A stretch of 41,522 nt of DNA, taken from IMG/VR virus record IMGVR_UViG_3300029477_000009; one strand, given 5' to 3'. A model generated the notes under the pieces. The model saw nothing but the letters and a program-made list of their open reading frames with translations, was not told the origin of the DNA and did not search any database. Positions 31,494 through 40,163 of the stretch are shown here, piece after piece. Source of the DNA: a virus. A program made the translations under genes and the position numbers. Within the stretch, counting starts at the first letter, position 1. Each line of letters opens with the position of its first letter.

Positions 31494-31690
31494 TTTTGTA
31501 GCATGCCCGCATGAAAGAAGCTGGGAGACCATCGGTGAAAGCCCGACGTTCGCGCGGCGACAAGCGCACATACCCCGAAAGGGGTATACATGCAGCCGAA
31601 AGTTGATACGCGGTGCAATCCCGCGTGGCTGCACCTCCAATTGTCATAAGTAAAAGCACCTCCCCGGGATGGCTTCGGGAAGGTGCTTTT
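31494..31690 (+). ncRNA. Candidate ~200-nt structured RNA ending at a strong terminator
   Basis: ATACCCC-GAAA-GGGGTAT at 31570-87. Nested GCAGCC..CGCGG-tgcaatc-CCGCG..GGCTGC at 31592-632. Terminator at 31652-90. Confidence 0.45.
31652..31690. terminator. Bidirectional rho-independent terminator
   Basis: AAAAGCACCTCCCCG-ggatggctt-CGGGAAGGTGCTTTT. It has an A-run upstream and a T-run downstream, and lies between the + RNA and the - gene 31715-31876. Confidence 0.8.
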
Positions 31691-31719
31691 GCTTAGATGT
31701 TGCTTAGATGTTGCTTAGC
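31690..31719. repeat. 11-bp tandem repeat TGCTTAGATGT x2.7
   Basis: tgcttagatgt tgcttagatgt tgcttagc. It contains the stop codon of the minus-strand gene. Confidence 0.85.
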
Positions 31720-31876
31720 GGTTATCATAAGCGCATAGAGCCTCGCACAGCTCGCGCGTCGGGCACTGAGAGCAGTCGCACTCCGAAATGATAACGTTTT
31801 CGCACAGTGCGCGAGGATCGGCCATAAAAACGGCCTCGGCTGCTCGGTAGTCCTCAGGGGTAATGATGTTATACAT
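31715..31876 (-). CDS. Small Cys-rich protein (53 aa), the only minus-strand gene in the late half
   Basis: RBS ggaggcgtaaccc lies before the ATG. MYNIITPEDYRAAEAVFMADPRALCENVIISECDCSQCPTRELCEALCAYDNR. Confidence 0.5.
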   Translation of the reverse strand: MYNIITPEDYRAAEAVFMADPRALCENVIISECDCSQCPTRELCEALCAYDNR

Positions 31877-32100
31877 GGGTTACGCCTCCAGCCGGTAGAA
31901 CATCGCGCCGTTAAGCAGTGCGAAAGTGATGCAAGCGGTGTTCGCCTGCCGGTAGACTATAAGCTGTTCGGCAGAACGTTCGATGGTATTGATTATCGGT
32001 TCTTGAAGCCGATCAAGGAGAATTTCCCGAGGGATTACGAAAAGATCATCACATGGTTCCCGCTGGCGGAACTGGAGTTATTCAGGAGGGGTGAGCTGTA

Positions 32101-32184
32101 ATGGGATATTGGAACGACAACGAAGTTAAGGAAACAAAAGATGATCACATTGAATTAGAGCAGCTCGAAAGCGAGCCTCGATGA
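32101..32184 (+). CDS. 27-aa ORF, probably the 5' part of 32219-32470
   Basis: RBS caggagggg. MGYWNDNEVKETKDDHIELEQLESEPR. The next frame continues ..LDELGDVEKSFRERMGAENK. Confidence 0.35.
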   Translation: MGYWNDNEVKETKDDHIELEQLESEPR

Positions 32185-32218
32185 GCTGGGAGATGTAGAA
32201 AAGAGTTTCCGTGAGCGC

Positions 32219-32470
32219 ATGGGCGCTGAGAATAAGCGATTTAAGGATATGTGCGACACCGAATATTGGTGCTGCATCTGCTTCACCAGCCGTGCGCAGA
32301 AGGAGGAATTTTTGGAGTCTCTGGAGTTTGACGGCGATTTGAAGTATATCGAAGGAAAAGAATTCGCGCGAGCGGTGAAAAGACCGGTTAAAACCGAGGA
32401 TTTGCGGTTTGCGCGTATCGGCAAAGGCTCAAAAGAATACTTGGGCAGGCTCATAGATGAGCAAAAATGA
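32219..32470 (+). CDS. Hypothetical protein upstream of the terminase
   Basis: 83 aa containing DTEYWCCICFTSRAQKEEFLESL. There is no SD before its ATG, and the frame is open upstream to 32156. Confidence 0.5.
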   Translation: MGAENKRFKDMCDTEYWCCICFTSRAQKEEFLESLEFDGDLKYIEGKEFARAVKRPVKTEDLRFARIGKGSKEYLGRLIDEQK

Positions 32471-32489
32471 CGGAGAGGAGGTGTAAAGC

Positions 32490-32612
32490 GTGGGTGCTGG
32501 TTATGGTAGCGGCAGGCTTGCCAATTTCGGCAGAACCAGAAATCGCCGCCGCAGTGTTGCGGTAGGCCGTCGCGCTGCTGGCGCTCGTGGCGCTCGTTCG
32601 CCCTCGACCTAA
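32490..32612 (+). CDS. Possible 40-aa Arg-rich basic peptide
   Basis: A GTG 8 nt after GGAGAGGAGG. GAGYGSGRLANFGRTRNRRRSVAVGRRAAGARGARSPST. Confidence 0.3.
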   Translation: MGAGYGSGRLANFGRTRNRRRSVAVGRRAAGARGARSPST

Positions 32613-32690
32613 ACACCAAAACTCAAAAGTCCAACGGTTGGGAAATGATTCTCAGCCGGTTTTCTTTTGGGGAAAGAAAGGAGGTAGCGC

Positions 32691-33002
32691 ATGGGACGGA
32701 AAAAGAAAGTGATTGACCTCAAAGCGGTGCAAGAGCTTGCAAGTGAGGGCAATACACAAGAAGAAATTGCAAAGGCTTTGGACTTTTCACGATCGACGTT
32801 CAGTAACCGCGACGATGTAACCGAAGCATACTATAAGGGCGTAGCAGAAATGAAGCTCAGCTTGCGCCATTGGCAGTTTAACGCTGCTCGTGGCGGTAAC
32901 ATCCAGATGCTTATCTGGTTGGGCAAGCAGTACCTCGGACAGCGTGACACAGTAGAGAAAAAAATCGAAAGCGAAGGCGTGAAGGTGATTATCGATGTCT
33001 GA
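32691..33002 (+). CDS. terS: Terminase small subunit
   Basis: RBS aaaggagg. The N-terminal HTH is NTQEEIAKALDFSRSTF, followed by IWLGKQYLGQRD. It lies directly before terL. Confidence 0.75.
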   Translation: MGRKKKVIDLKAVQELASEGNTQEEIAKALDFSRSTFSNRDDVTEAYYKGVAEMKLSLRHWQFNAARGGNIQMLIWLGKQYLGQRDTVEKKIESEGVKVIIDV

Positions 33003-34233
33003 GGTGAAGCTCTCGCAGATCATCGGACCGGCATTTTACGCCGTTGCGCACGATGTGTTTGCACATGGTCACACGCATTACGATGAGAGCGGCGGCCGTG
33101 GCTCGCTGAAATCGTCGTTTGTGTCGATTGTCGTTCCGCTGCTGCTTATCCACAACCCCGGAACGCATGCGCTTGTGTTACGCAAGGTTGGAAACACCAT
33201 CCGCGATAGTGTATACGCACAGTATGTATGGGCACTTGGTGAGCTGGGTATGGCTGACTACTGGGAAGCAAAGGTATCGCCGATGGAGCTGATATATCGC
33301 CCGACCGGACAGAAAATCATGTTTCGCGGCGCTGATGACCCGATGAAGATCAAGTCAATCAAGGTTCCGTTTGGTTATATTGCTGTTACGCATTTCGAGG
33401 AGAAAGACCAGTTCGCAGGACGCGCGGAAATCCGAACGATCTTGCAGTCCACAATGCGCGGCGGTGATAAGTATTGGAACTTTGAGAGTTATAACCCTCC
33501 GATCAGCCGCGACAACTGGGCGAACAAGGACAGTTTAGAAGAACGCCCTGACCGTCTCTGCCACCGCAGCACGTACCTTGAAGCGCCGCGCGAGTGGTTA
33601 GGCGATCAGTTTATTTATGAGGCGGAGCACCTAAAACTGACGAACGAACGAGCGTATCAGCATGAATACCTCGGCATTCCGGTTGGCACGGGTGGCAATG
33701 TCTTTGAAAACCTTGAACTGCGAGAAATCACAGATGATGAGGTGGCAACGTTCGATCGTATCTATCAAGGCGCTGACTGGGGATGGTTCCCCGACCCGTT
33801 CGCTTTTATCCGCGTCCACTACGACAGAGCGCGTGAGACGGTGTATTTTATCGATGAGATATACAAAAACAAGCTGAGTAACGAGGAAAGCGCCGGTATT
33901 ATCATGGAGCGCGGCTATAATGATACGTTTATCACCTGCGACAGTGCAGAGCCAAAAAGCGTTGCAGACTACCGCGCTATGCGACTGCCTGCCAAAGAGG
34001 CCGTGAAGGGTCCCGGCAGCGTCGAGTACGGCATGAAGTGGCTACAGCGCAGGACACTTGTCATCGACCGCAAGCGAACGCCGCACGCCTATGATGAGTT
34101 TGTGAACTATGAGTATGAGCGCGACAAGGACGGCGAGATCATCAGCGGCTATCCAGATGAAAAGAACCATCTGATTGACGCCACGAGATACGCCCTTGAG
34201 CGCGTTTACAGAAGAATGGGAGTGATTGCTTGA
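32995..34233 (+). CDS. terL: Terminase large subunit (PBSX/XtmB type)
   Basis: The Walker A-like motif is ESGGRGSLKSS, with a nuclease half downstream. 412 aa. Confidence 0.9.
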   Translation: MSEVKLSQIIGPAFYAVAHDVFAHGHTHYDESGGRGSLKSSFVSIVVPLLLIHNPGTHALVLRKVGNTIRDSVYAQYVWALGELGMADYWEAKVSPMELIYRPTGQKIMFRGADDPMKIKSIKVPFGYIAVTHFEEKDQFAGRAEIRTILQSTMRGGDKYWNFESYNPPISRDNWANKDSLEERPDRLCHRSTYLEAPREWLGDQFIYEAEHLKLTNERAYQHEYLGIPVGTGGNVFENLELREITDDEVATFDRIYQGADWGWFPDPFAFIRVHYDRARETVYFIDEIYKNKLSNEESAGIIMERGYNDTFITCDSAEPKSVADYRAMRLPAKEAVKGPGSVEYGMKWLQRRTLVIDRKRTPHAYDEFVNYEYERDKDGEIISGYPDEKNHLIDATRYALERVYRRMGVIA

Positions 34234-35651
34234 CGATCATTGAAAAACTGAAAGAGCTCGGCTATAACACAATCGCCCCCGAGTTTTACGGTAAGGTTGC
34301 GGAGTGGCGCAGCTGGTATGTGGGTGATGTGAAGTCATTCCACCATTACAAGGTGCGGAACTGCGGCCGAACCGTGCATTGCAAGCGATATACGCTCGGT
34401 ATGGCGAAGAAGTTAGCCGAGGACTGGGCGAACCTGCTCATGAACGAAAAGGTGAATATCACCTTGGAGGGCGAGAAAGAACAGGCGTTCGTCGACCGCA
34501 TCTTTGAAGAGAACAACTTCGAGGTAAAGGCGAACGAGATGCAGGAAATGAAGTCTGCACTGGGTACGGTCGCATACATTCCGCGTGTTGTCGGTGCAGT
34601 GTCGGACGGCGAACAGCCTATTGCGGGCGCAGCAAACGGCATTCAGATTGATTATGTGACTGTAGAACACATTTTCCCTCTGGCATGGCAGAACGGCGTT
34701 ATCATGGAATGCGCGTTCGACAGCAGAACCGCCGTGAAAGGCGAGGATTACTGCTATCTGCAAATCCACAAGCGAAATGAAAACGGCTTTTACGACATCG
34801 AAAACCGCATTTTCAAAATCACAAATGAAAGTTTGTCTGAAGAAAGCCTTGCAAGCGTGCCGGGGTTTGAAAAAATTCCACCCGTTGTGCATACCGCTTC
34901 GAACAAGCGGCGGTTTGTGATTGATCGTTTGAACATCGCGAACAACTTTGATTATTACATTCCGCTCGGCATTCCGGTCTATGCAAACGCGATTGACGTT
35001 CTGAAAGGCGTTGATATCGCATACGACAGCTATGTAAACGAGTTTCTGCTCGGCAAAAAGCGCATTATGGTCAAGCCTGCTGCAACGCAGTATCTTGACG
35101 GTGAGCCGGTGTTTGACCCGGACGAGCTCGCATATTATGTGCTGCCGGAGGATACGCAGGACGGCAATGTAATTGAGCCTATCGACATGTCGCTGCGAAC
35201 CAGTGAGCATAACCGGGGCATTCAAGATCAGCTGAACCTACTGTCAACCAAGACAGGTTTCGGCGAGAGCTATTATCACTTCGACGGCGCAAGCGTTGCA
35301 ACCGCCACGCAGGTAATCAGCGAAAACAGCACCATGTTCCGCACGATCAAGAAGCATGAAATCATCCTTGAGCAGGCACTTGTGGAGCTGTGTCGCATTA
35401 TTCTGCGGCTCGGAAATGACGCGATGAACGCCGGGCTGAACGAGGATGTGGAAATCAGCATTGACTTTGATGACAGCATCATCGAGGATAAGGGCACGGA
35501 CTTCACGCGAGACATGCAACTGCTTAACGCAGGCATAATGAACGACTGGGAATTCCGCGCTAAGTGGCTCAATGAAGATGATGAGACGGCGAAGAAAATG
35601 CTGCCTAAAGCGCAGGATATGACAGACGAGGGGGAAGATGAGATTGAATGA
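34230..35651 (+). CDS. Portal protein (SPP1 Gp6-like)
   Basis: 473 aa, follows terL, with an acidic C-terminus. The start codon is TTG per the track, so the start is uncertain. Confidence 0.85.
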   Translation: MTIIEKLKELGYNTIAPEFYGKVAEWRSWYVGDVKSFHHYKVRNCGRTVHCKRYTLGMAKKLAEDWANLLMNEKVNITLEGEKEQAFVDRIFEENNFEVKANEMQEMKSALGTVAYIPRVVGAVSDGEQPIAGAANGIQIDYVTVEHIFPLAWQNGVIMECAFDSRTAVKGEDYCYLQIHKRNENGFYDIENRIFKITNESLSEESLASVPGFEKIPPVVHTASNKRRFVIDRLNIANNFDYYIPLGIPVYANAIDVLKGVDIAYDSYVNEFLLGKKRIMVKPAATQYLDGEPVFDPDELAYYVLPEDTQDGNVIEPIDMSLRTSEHNRGIQDQLNLLSTKTGFGESYYHFDGASVATATQVISENSTMFRTIKKHEIILEQALVELCRIILRLGNDAMNAGLNEDVEISIDFDDSIIEDKGTDFTRDMQLLNAGIMNDWEFRAKWLNEDDETAKKMLPKAQDMTDEGEDEIE

Positions 35652-36817
35652 AGTATCCAATCACACCGGAATACCTCGACGCAGCGCCCGAACCGATTGC
35701 GATTGCAATGCGAGAGCTCGAAAAGGACATCTTGCGCGAGATATGTTCACGCTTTAAGCTGACCGGCGAACTGAACGAGGCTGCCATGAACAATATCCGC
35801 GCTCTGCGTGCGCAAGGCCTCGACATGGAGACCATCGAGAAAATGATAGCGAAGCACAGCAAGGAAACACTGCCTCAGGTGCAGGAAGCACTTGACCGTG
35901 TTGTTGAATACAACCAGAAGTATTACAACGAGCTTGCAAGCAAGGCGAGCATTGCTGAACCGCTTTTCTGGATGACGGCTGCGGATATCGCGCAGATACA
36001 GTCACAGACGCTTGACGGATACCGCAACATTACACGCTCTCTCGGTTTTGCACTGCAAACAAACGGAAAGGTTACATTTCAGTCGATTGCAAAGGCGTAT
36101 CAAGCCGCCCTTGACAAAGCAGAAGTGAAAATGCAGTCCGGCGCGTTTACGTTGCAGCAGTCACTTGAGGATGCAGTTAGAGAGCTGGCAGACAGCGGCA
36201 TATACACGATCGACTATGCGACAGGGCATAGAGACCGTGCAGACGTTGCAGCGCGCAGAGCTATTTTCACGGGGCTAAATCAGCTCACCTCGAAATATAC
36301 GGAAACAGCTGCGGAAACACTGGAAACTGACCTGTACGAAATCACCGCCCATCGCGGCGCGCGTGATAAAGGCACAGGATGGAAGAACCACAAGGCATGG
36401 CAAGGCAAGGTTTACAGCACGAAAGACGGCAGCAAATACCCGAATATTTACAAGGTTTGTGGATTGGGTGCTGTTGACGGTCTGGAGGGCGCTAACTGTA
36501 GGCATCATCGGCATGCGTTTTTAGAGGGCGTTTCTGAGCGCGTCTACACAGACGACGAGCTTGCGAACATCGACCCACCGCCTGTGGAGTTCGAGGGGCG
36601 CACGTACAGCGCCTATGAAGCAACGCAAATGCAGCGCAAGATAGAACGCACAGTGCGCAAACTGGAGCGCCGCAGAGCCGCGTACAACGCCGCAGGAATG
36701 ACGGGTAAGGAAGAGCAAACAGGCATCCGCATTCGCCGATTGAAGAAAGAATATCGCGAATTCAGCCGGGCGGCGAGCCTGCCGACGCAGACCAACCGCA
36801 TGAAAGTAATTGAATAA
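35648..36817 (+). CDS. Head morphogenesis / minor head protein (SPP1 gp7 / Mu F-like)
   Basis: Follows the portal. ITAHRGARDKGTGWKNHKAWQGKVYS..NCRHHRHAF. Confidence 0.8.
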   Translation: MKYPITPEYLDAAPEPIAIAMRELEKDILREICSRFKLTGELNEAAMNNIRALRAQGLDMETIEKMIAKHSKETLPQVQEALDRVVEYNQKYYNELASKASIAEPLFWMTAADIAQIQSQTLDGYRNITRSLGFALQTNGKVTFQSIAKAYQAALDKAEVKMQSGAFTLQQSLEDAVRELADSGIYTIDYATGHRDRADVAARRAIFTGLNQLTSKYTETAAETLETDLYEITAHRGARDKGTGWKNHKAWQGKVYSTKDGSKYPNIYKVCGLGAVDGLEGANCRHHRHAFLEGVSERVYTDDELANIDPPPVEFEGRTYSAYEATQMQRKIERTVRKLERRRAAYNAAGMTGKEEQTGIRIRRLKKEYREFSRAASLPTQTNRMKVIE

Positions 36818-36888
36818 TTGGCATCGTGGAAACACGGTGCTTTTTTATTGCCAAATTGTCCGACAGGACGTTAAACAAGGAGATTACC

Positions 36889-37401
36889 ATGGAGAACAAC
36901 ACTCCCAACACCAACGCGCAGAGCGCGGAGAACAACACTGCTGCACAGCAGGAAAAGACGTTTACACAGGCAGATGTAGACAAGATGATCCAGTCTCGCC
37001 TTGACCGTGAACGGAAGAAGATGCCCAGCGAGGAAGAGCTGAACGCATTCCGCACGTGGAAAGACAGTCAGCAGACCGAGCAGGACAGAATGAACAACAT
37101 CACCAAGGAGCGCGACACCGCAGTAAGCAACCTTTCGACGGCGAACGCGAAGATCGAACAGCTTGAGCATGAAAAATACGTTTCGTCCAAGGGGTTTACC
37201 GGCGACGAGGCGGAATTTATCGCGTTCAAGGCTGCGAAGATGGTAGATGACAAGACCACCTTTGAACAGGCTGTGGATGCAATCGCGCAGGAACGTCGGC
37301 CGCGAACCTCGTTTGATTGGACTGCGCCTGTTGGCGATGGCAACCAGAAAAACGCCCCCAATGCAGCGATGAACGCGCTTATTCGTGGGGCGATCAAGTA
37401 A
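36889..37401 (+). CDS. Scaffolding protein
   Basis: Starts at the internal ATG after aacaaggag. It is coiled-coil and acidic, and lies just before the major capsid gene. Confidence 0.7.
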   Translation: MENNTPNTNAQSAENNTAAQQEKTFTQADVDKMIQSRLDRERKKMPSEEELNAFRTWKDSQQTEQDRMNNITKERDTAVSNLSTANAKIEQLEHEKYVSSKGFTGDEAEFIAFKAAKMVDDKTTFEQAVDAIAQERRPRTSFDWTAPVGDGNQKNAPNAAMNALIRGAIK

Positions 37402-37419
37402 GAAAAGGAGCTTTTAACA

Positions 37420-38652
37420 ATGGCAAATAACGTAATTGACCGCAATTCCCTTTCCGGCCTCATCCCGGAGCCGGTAACTCGTGAAATCCTTCAGGGCGCT
37501 GTTGCAGAGTCGGCAGTGCTGCGTATGGCTCGCCGCCTGCCGAACATGACCAGCAAGACCCAGACCATGAACGTTCTGGATATGCTGCCGACCGCTTACT
37601 GGGTAAACGGCGAGGTTTCCGGCACTGGCGCGGCTGACTCCGCAGCGTACAAGCAGACTACCAAGATGGCATGGGACAAGAAGAAGCTTTACGCCGAGGA
37701 AATCGCGGTAATCGTCCCCATCCCGGAGGCGGTGCTCGATGACTCCGATTACGACATCTGGGGTGAAGTCCGTCCGCGTCTGGTCGAGGCGTTCGGCAAG
37801 AAGATTGACGCCGCAATCCTGTTTGGCGCGGACAAGCCGACCACGTGGCGTGATGGCGTTGTCCCGTCTGCGATTGCAGCAGGCAACGGCGTTCCGACCT
37901 CTACCGACACTTTCGGCGACATCATGGGCGAGAACGGCCTGATCGCAAAGGTTGAACTGGACGGCTACAGCCCGAACGGCGTTGTATCCGCCGTGCAGAT
38001 GCGCGGCAAGCTGCGCGGTCTGGTAGATACCACCGGTCAGCCGATCTTTAAGACTGACATGCAGGGCGCGTCTCGCTACGCTCTGGACGGCATGGATATG
38101 TATTTCCCGAATAACGGCGCGTTTGACCCGACGCTCGCAAAGATGATTGTCGGCGACTGGTCGCAGCTCGTTTACGCCATCCGTCAGGACATCACGTTCA
38201 AGATCTTCACCGAGGGCGTTATTCAGGATCCGTCTACCAAGGCAATCCAGTACAACCTCATGCAGAATGACATGGTTGCGCTGCGCGCGGTTATGCGCCT
38301 CGGCTGGGAGATCGCAAACCCGGTAACTGCATTTAATGCGGACATGGAAAATCCGTTCCCGTTCTCCGTTTACGGCAACGGCGGCACTGTATCCACTGTA
38401 AAGGTAACTCCGGCGACTGCAAGCCTTGCAGCGGGCGGTTCCAAGCTGTTTACTGCGGCTGTAACCGGCAACGGCATTGTTTCCGACAGCGTATCGTGGA
38501 GTGTTTCCGGCGGCGCAAAGGCTAACACCAAGATCACCGAAGACGGCCTGCTGACCGTTGACAAGGCGGAGACTGCATCGAGCCTCACGGTAACTGCTGA
38601 GTCGAAGCAGGACGCAAGCAAGAGCGGCACCGCATCCGTAACCCTTTCGTAA
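37420..38652 (+). CDS. Major capsid protein (HK97 fold) with C-terminal Ig-like (Big_2-type) domain
   Basis: 410 aa. The last ~85 aa, VKVTPATASLAAGGSKLFTAAVTG..VSWSVSGG..LTVTAES, follow the Big_2 pattern. Confidence 0.85.
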   Translation: MANNVIDRNSLSGLIPEPVTREILQGAVAESAVLRMARRLPNMTSKTQTMNVLDMLPTAYWVNGEVSGTGAADSAAYKQTTKMAWDKKKLYAEEIAVIVPIPEAVLDDSDYDIWGEVRPRLVEAFGKKIDAAILFGADKPTTWRDGVVPSAIAAGNGVPTSTDTFGDIMGENGLIAKVELDGYSPNGVVSAVQMRGKLRGLVDTTGQPIFKTDMQGASRYALDGMDMYFPNNGAFDPTLAKMIVGDWSQLVYAIRQDITFKIFTEGVIQDPSTKAIQYNLMQNDMVALRAVMRLGWEIANPVTAFNADMENPFPFSVYGNGGTVSTVKVTPATASLAAGGSKLFTAAVTGNGIVSDSVSWSVSGGAKANTKITEDGLLTVDKAETASSLTVTAESKQDASKSGTASVTLS

Positions 38653-38665
38653 GGAGAAAACGCAA

Positions 38666-39052
38666 ATGGTAGATTATGCATATTACAAGGATACGTACCT
38701 CGGCAACCAGATTGCCGAGGATGAGTTTCCGCGCCTTGAAAGCCGCGCTGTAGCATATCTTACCTATCTTACGCGCGGAAGAATTGACGATAGCGAGCCT
38801 GCAAAGATGGCGTGCTGTGCGGTCGCGGAGCAGTATCAAGTGATTGATACGCTCCAAACTCGCGCGGCATCTGCCGAGCAGGAGAAACAGAGCGAGAGCG
38901 TTGGCTCTTGGTCTGTAAGCTATCGCAGCGGCACGGAGGCAATGCAGGAGGCAAAGGCACAGCTCAAAGCGGCTGCGGAAATGTATCTTGCAAATACCGG
39001 AATGCTGTACCGAGGTGGGAGGTGCTGCGGATGCGATTGCCCCACACTGTAA
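38666..39052 (+). CDS. Head-tail connector (gp6/gp15-like)
   Basis: YAYYKDTYLGNQIAEDEFPRLESRAVAYL pattern, in the position after the capsid gene. Confidence 0.6.
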   Translation: MVDYAYYKDTYLGNQIAEDEFPRLESRAVAYLTYLTRGRIDDSEPAKMACCAVAEQYQVIDTLQTRAASAEQEKQSESVGSWSVSYRSGTEAMQEAKAQLKAAAEMYLANTGMLYRGGRCCGCDCPTL

Positions 39053-39342
39053 CGTTGTTTCAGCCGTCTGGCCGAACTGTTCTGACGGGCGTTTTGCTTG
39101 AAAGCACCAGAGGTACGAGCGTAACGAAAACCGCACAGAACAGCGCAGACAGCGTAACGCTGCATATCCCTTTACCGTTTGCGCAGATCATCAGCCCGGA
39201 AAAGGACTATTTTGCGCGCGGTGATGTGCCGGATGAGGGCAGCTACCAGAAATGCCGTGAGAAGCACGAGACATACCGGGTGACAAGCATTTCACGCTAT
39301 GACTACGGTCTGTTGCAGCATTTGGAGGTGGGCGGACGATGA
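39031..39342 (+). CDS. Head closure / neck protein
   Basis: Starts at the internal ATG MRLPHTVTLF. Gene order supports the call. Confidence 0.5.
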   Translation: MRLPHTVTLFQPSGRTVLTGVLLESTRGTSVTKTAQNSADSVTLHIPLPFAQIISPEKDYFARGDVPDEGSYQKCREKHETYRVTSISRYDYGLLQHLEVGGR

Positions 39343-39737
39343 TTTATTACTCCATGAAACTGCATTTGCCGAAAAATCTGCTCGATAAGCGCGTAGAAAA
39401 GGCGAACACGTGGCTTGTTGAGGAGATCATCAAGGATACCGACCCGTTTGTTCCGGCGCGAACCGGTGTACTGGCGATGAACGTACAGCGGCATGGGCAT
39501 ACCATCGTGTATGCCTCGCCGTATGCACGTTTTCAGTATTATGGCAAGGTGATGATTGACCCGGCAACCGGCAGTACGTTTGCACCCAAGGGCACACGCA
39601 AAGCATTGACAGATCGAAACCTCAAATACAGCAAGGGAATGCACAAGAACGCGCGTTCTCACTGGTTCGAAGCAAGCAAGGCGTTGAATGAAACGCGCTG
39701 GATGGAAGGAGTGCGCAAGATTTTGACCGATGAGTGA
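39339..39737 (+). CDS. Neck / tail-completion protein (HK97 gp10 / minor capsid-like)
   Basis: DPFVPARTGVL..YASPYARFQYYG motif. Confidence 0.6.
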   Translation: MIYYSMKLHLPKNLLDKRVEKANTWLVEEIIKDTDPFVPARTGVLAMNVQRHGHTIVYASPYARFQYYGKVMIDPATGSTFAPKGTRKALTDRNLKYSKGMHKNARSHWFEASKALNETRWMEGVRKILTDE

Positions 39738-40161
39738 GAAATTGAATACGGTAACAGCTCGTGAACAAGACGGTGTTTCACGGGCTGTTCTTTTATGGCT
39801 GAAAGGCTATGCTCCCGAAATCGAGTTTGAATATCTCCCGCCGGAACGGTCAGGCATGATGCTTACCAGTGTACAGAGCGCGTATAAAACTGCACAGTAC
39901 ATTGACGGCGGATATGCTGCACAGTACCCGTTCGGCGTGAAGTATCGCGCCCTGCCGACCGACAGCGAGGAACGTCTCGACATTGAATCCTTGCTGAATG
40001 AGCTGGGAGCATGGGCGGAAGAAAACCCGCCTGATCTCGGCGAGGGAATGACCGTCACATCTGTTGAGCGAACGACCCCCGCGGGGCTTATCGCTCGATA
40101 CGAAGATTTAACCGAGGATTACCAAATCCTCTTAACCATTAACTATGAAGTTGAGGTGTAA
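39730..40161 (+). CDS. Tail terminator / neck protein
   Basis: Lies immediately before the major tail protein; 143 aa. Confidence 0.5.
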   Translation: MSEKLNTVTAREQDGVSRAVLLWLKGYAPEIEFEYLPPERSGMMLTSVQSAYKTAQYIDGGYAAQYPFGVKYRALPTDSEERLDIESLLNELGAWAEENPPDLGEGMTVTSVERTTPAGLIARYEDLTEDYQILLTINYEVEV

Positions 40162-40163
40162 AA

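Noticed and set aside
30882-31659. Five overlapping 117-160-aa ORFs on both strands in the 30.9-31.7 kb tract.
   Set aside because: They overlap one another, are not preceded by an SD, and have Arg/Ala/Gly/Pro-biased composition typical of GC-rich non-coding DNA. The repeated hairpins are read in different frames (..TARKDG.. versus ..SPERRA..). I treated the tract as non-coding RNA or DNA structure.
31739-32098. A 120-codon open + frame with a protein-like tail (..DYKLFGRTFDGIDYRFLKPIKENFPRDYEKIITWFPLAELELFRRGEL), which raised the idea of an intron-split exon.
   Set aside because: It has no in-frame start except a TTG 32 codons from the end. Its first part is antisense to the SD-preceded minus gene 31715-31876. 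I could identify no upstream exon or intron core, so I treat it as a promoter region or gene remnant.
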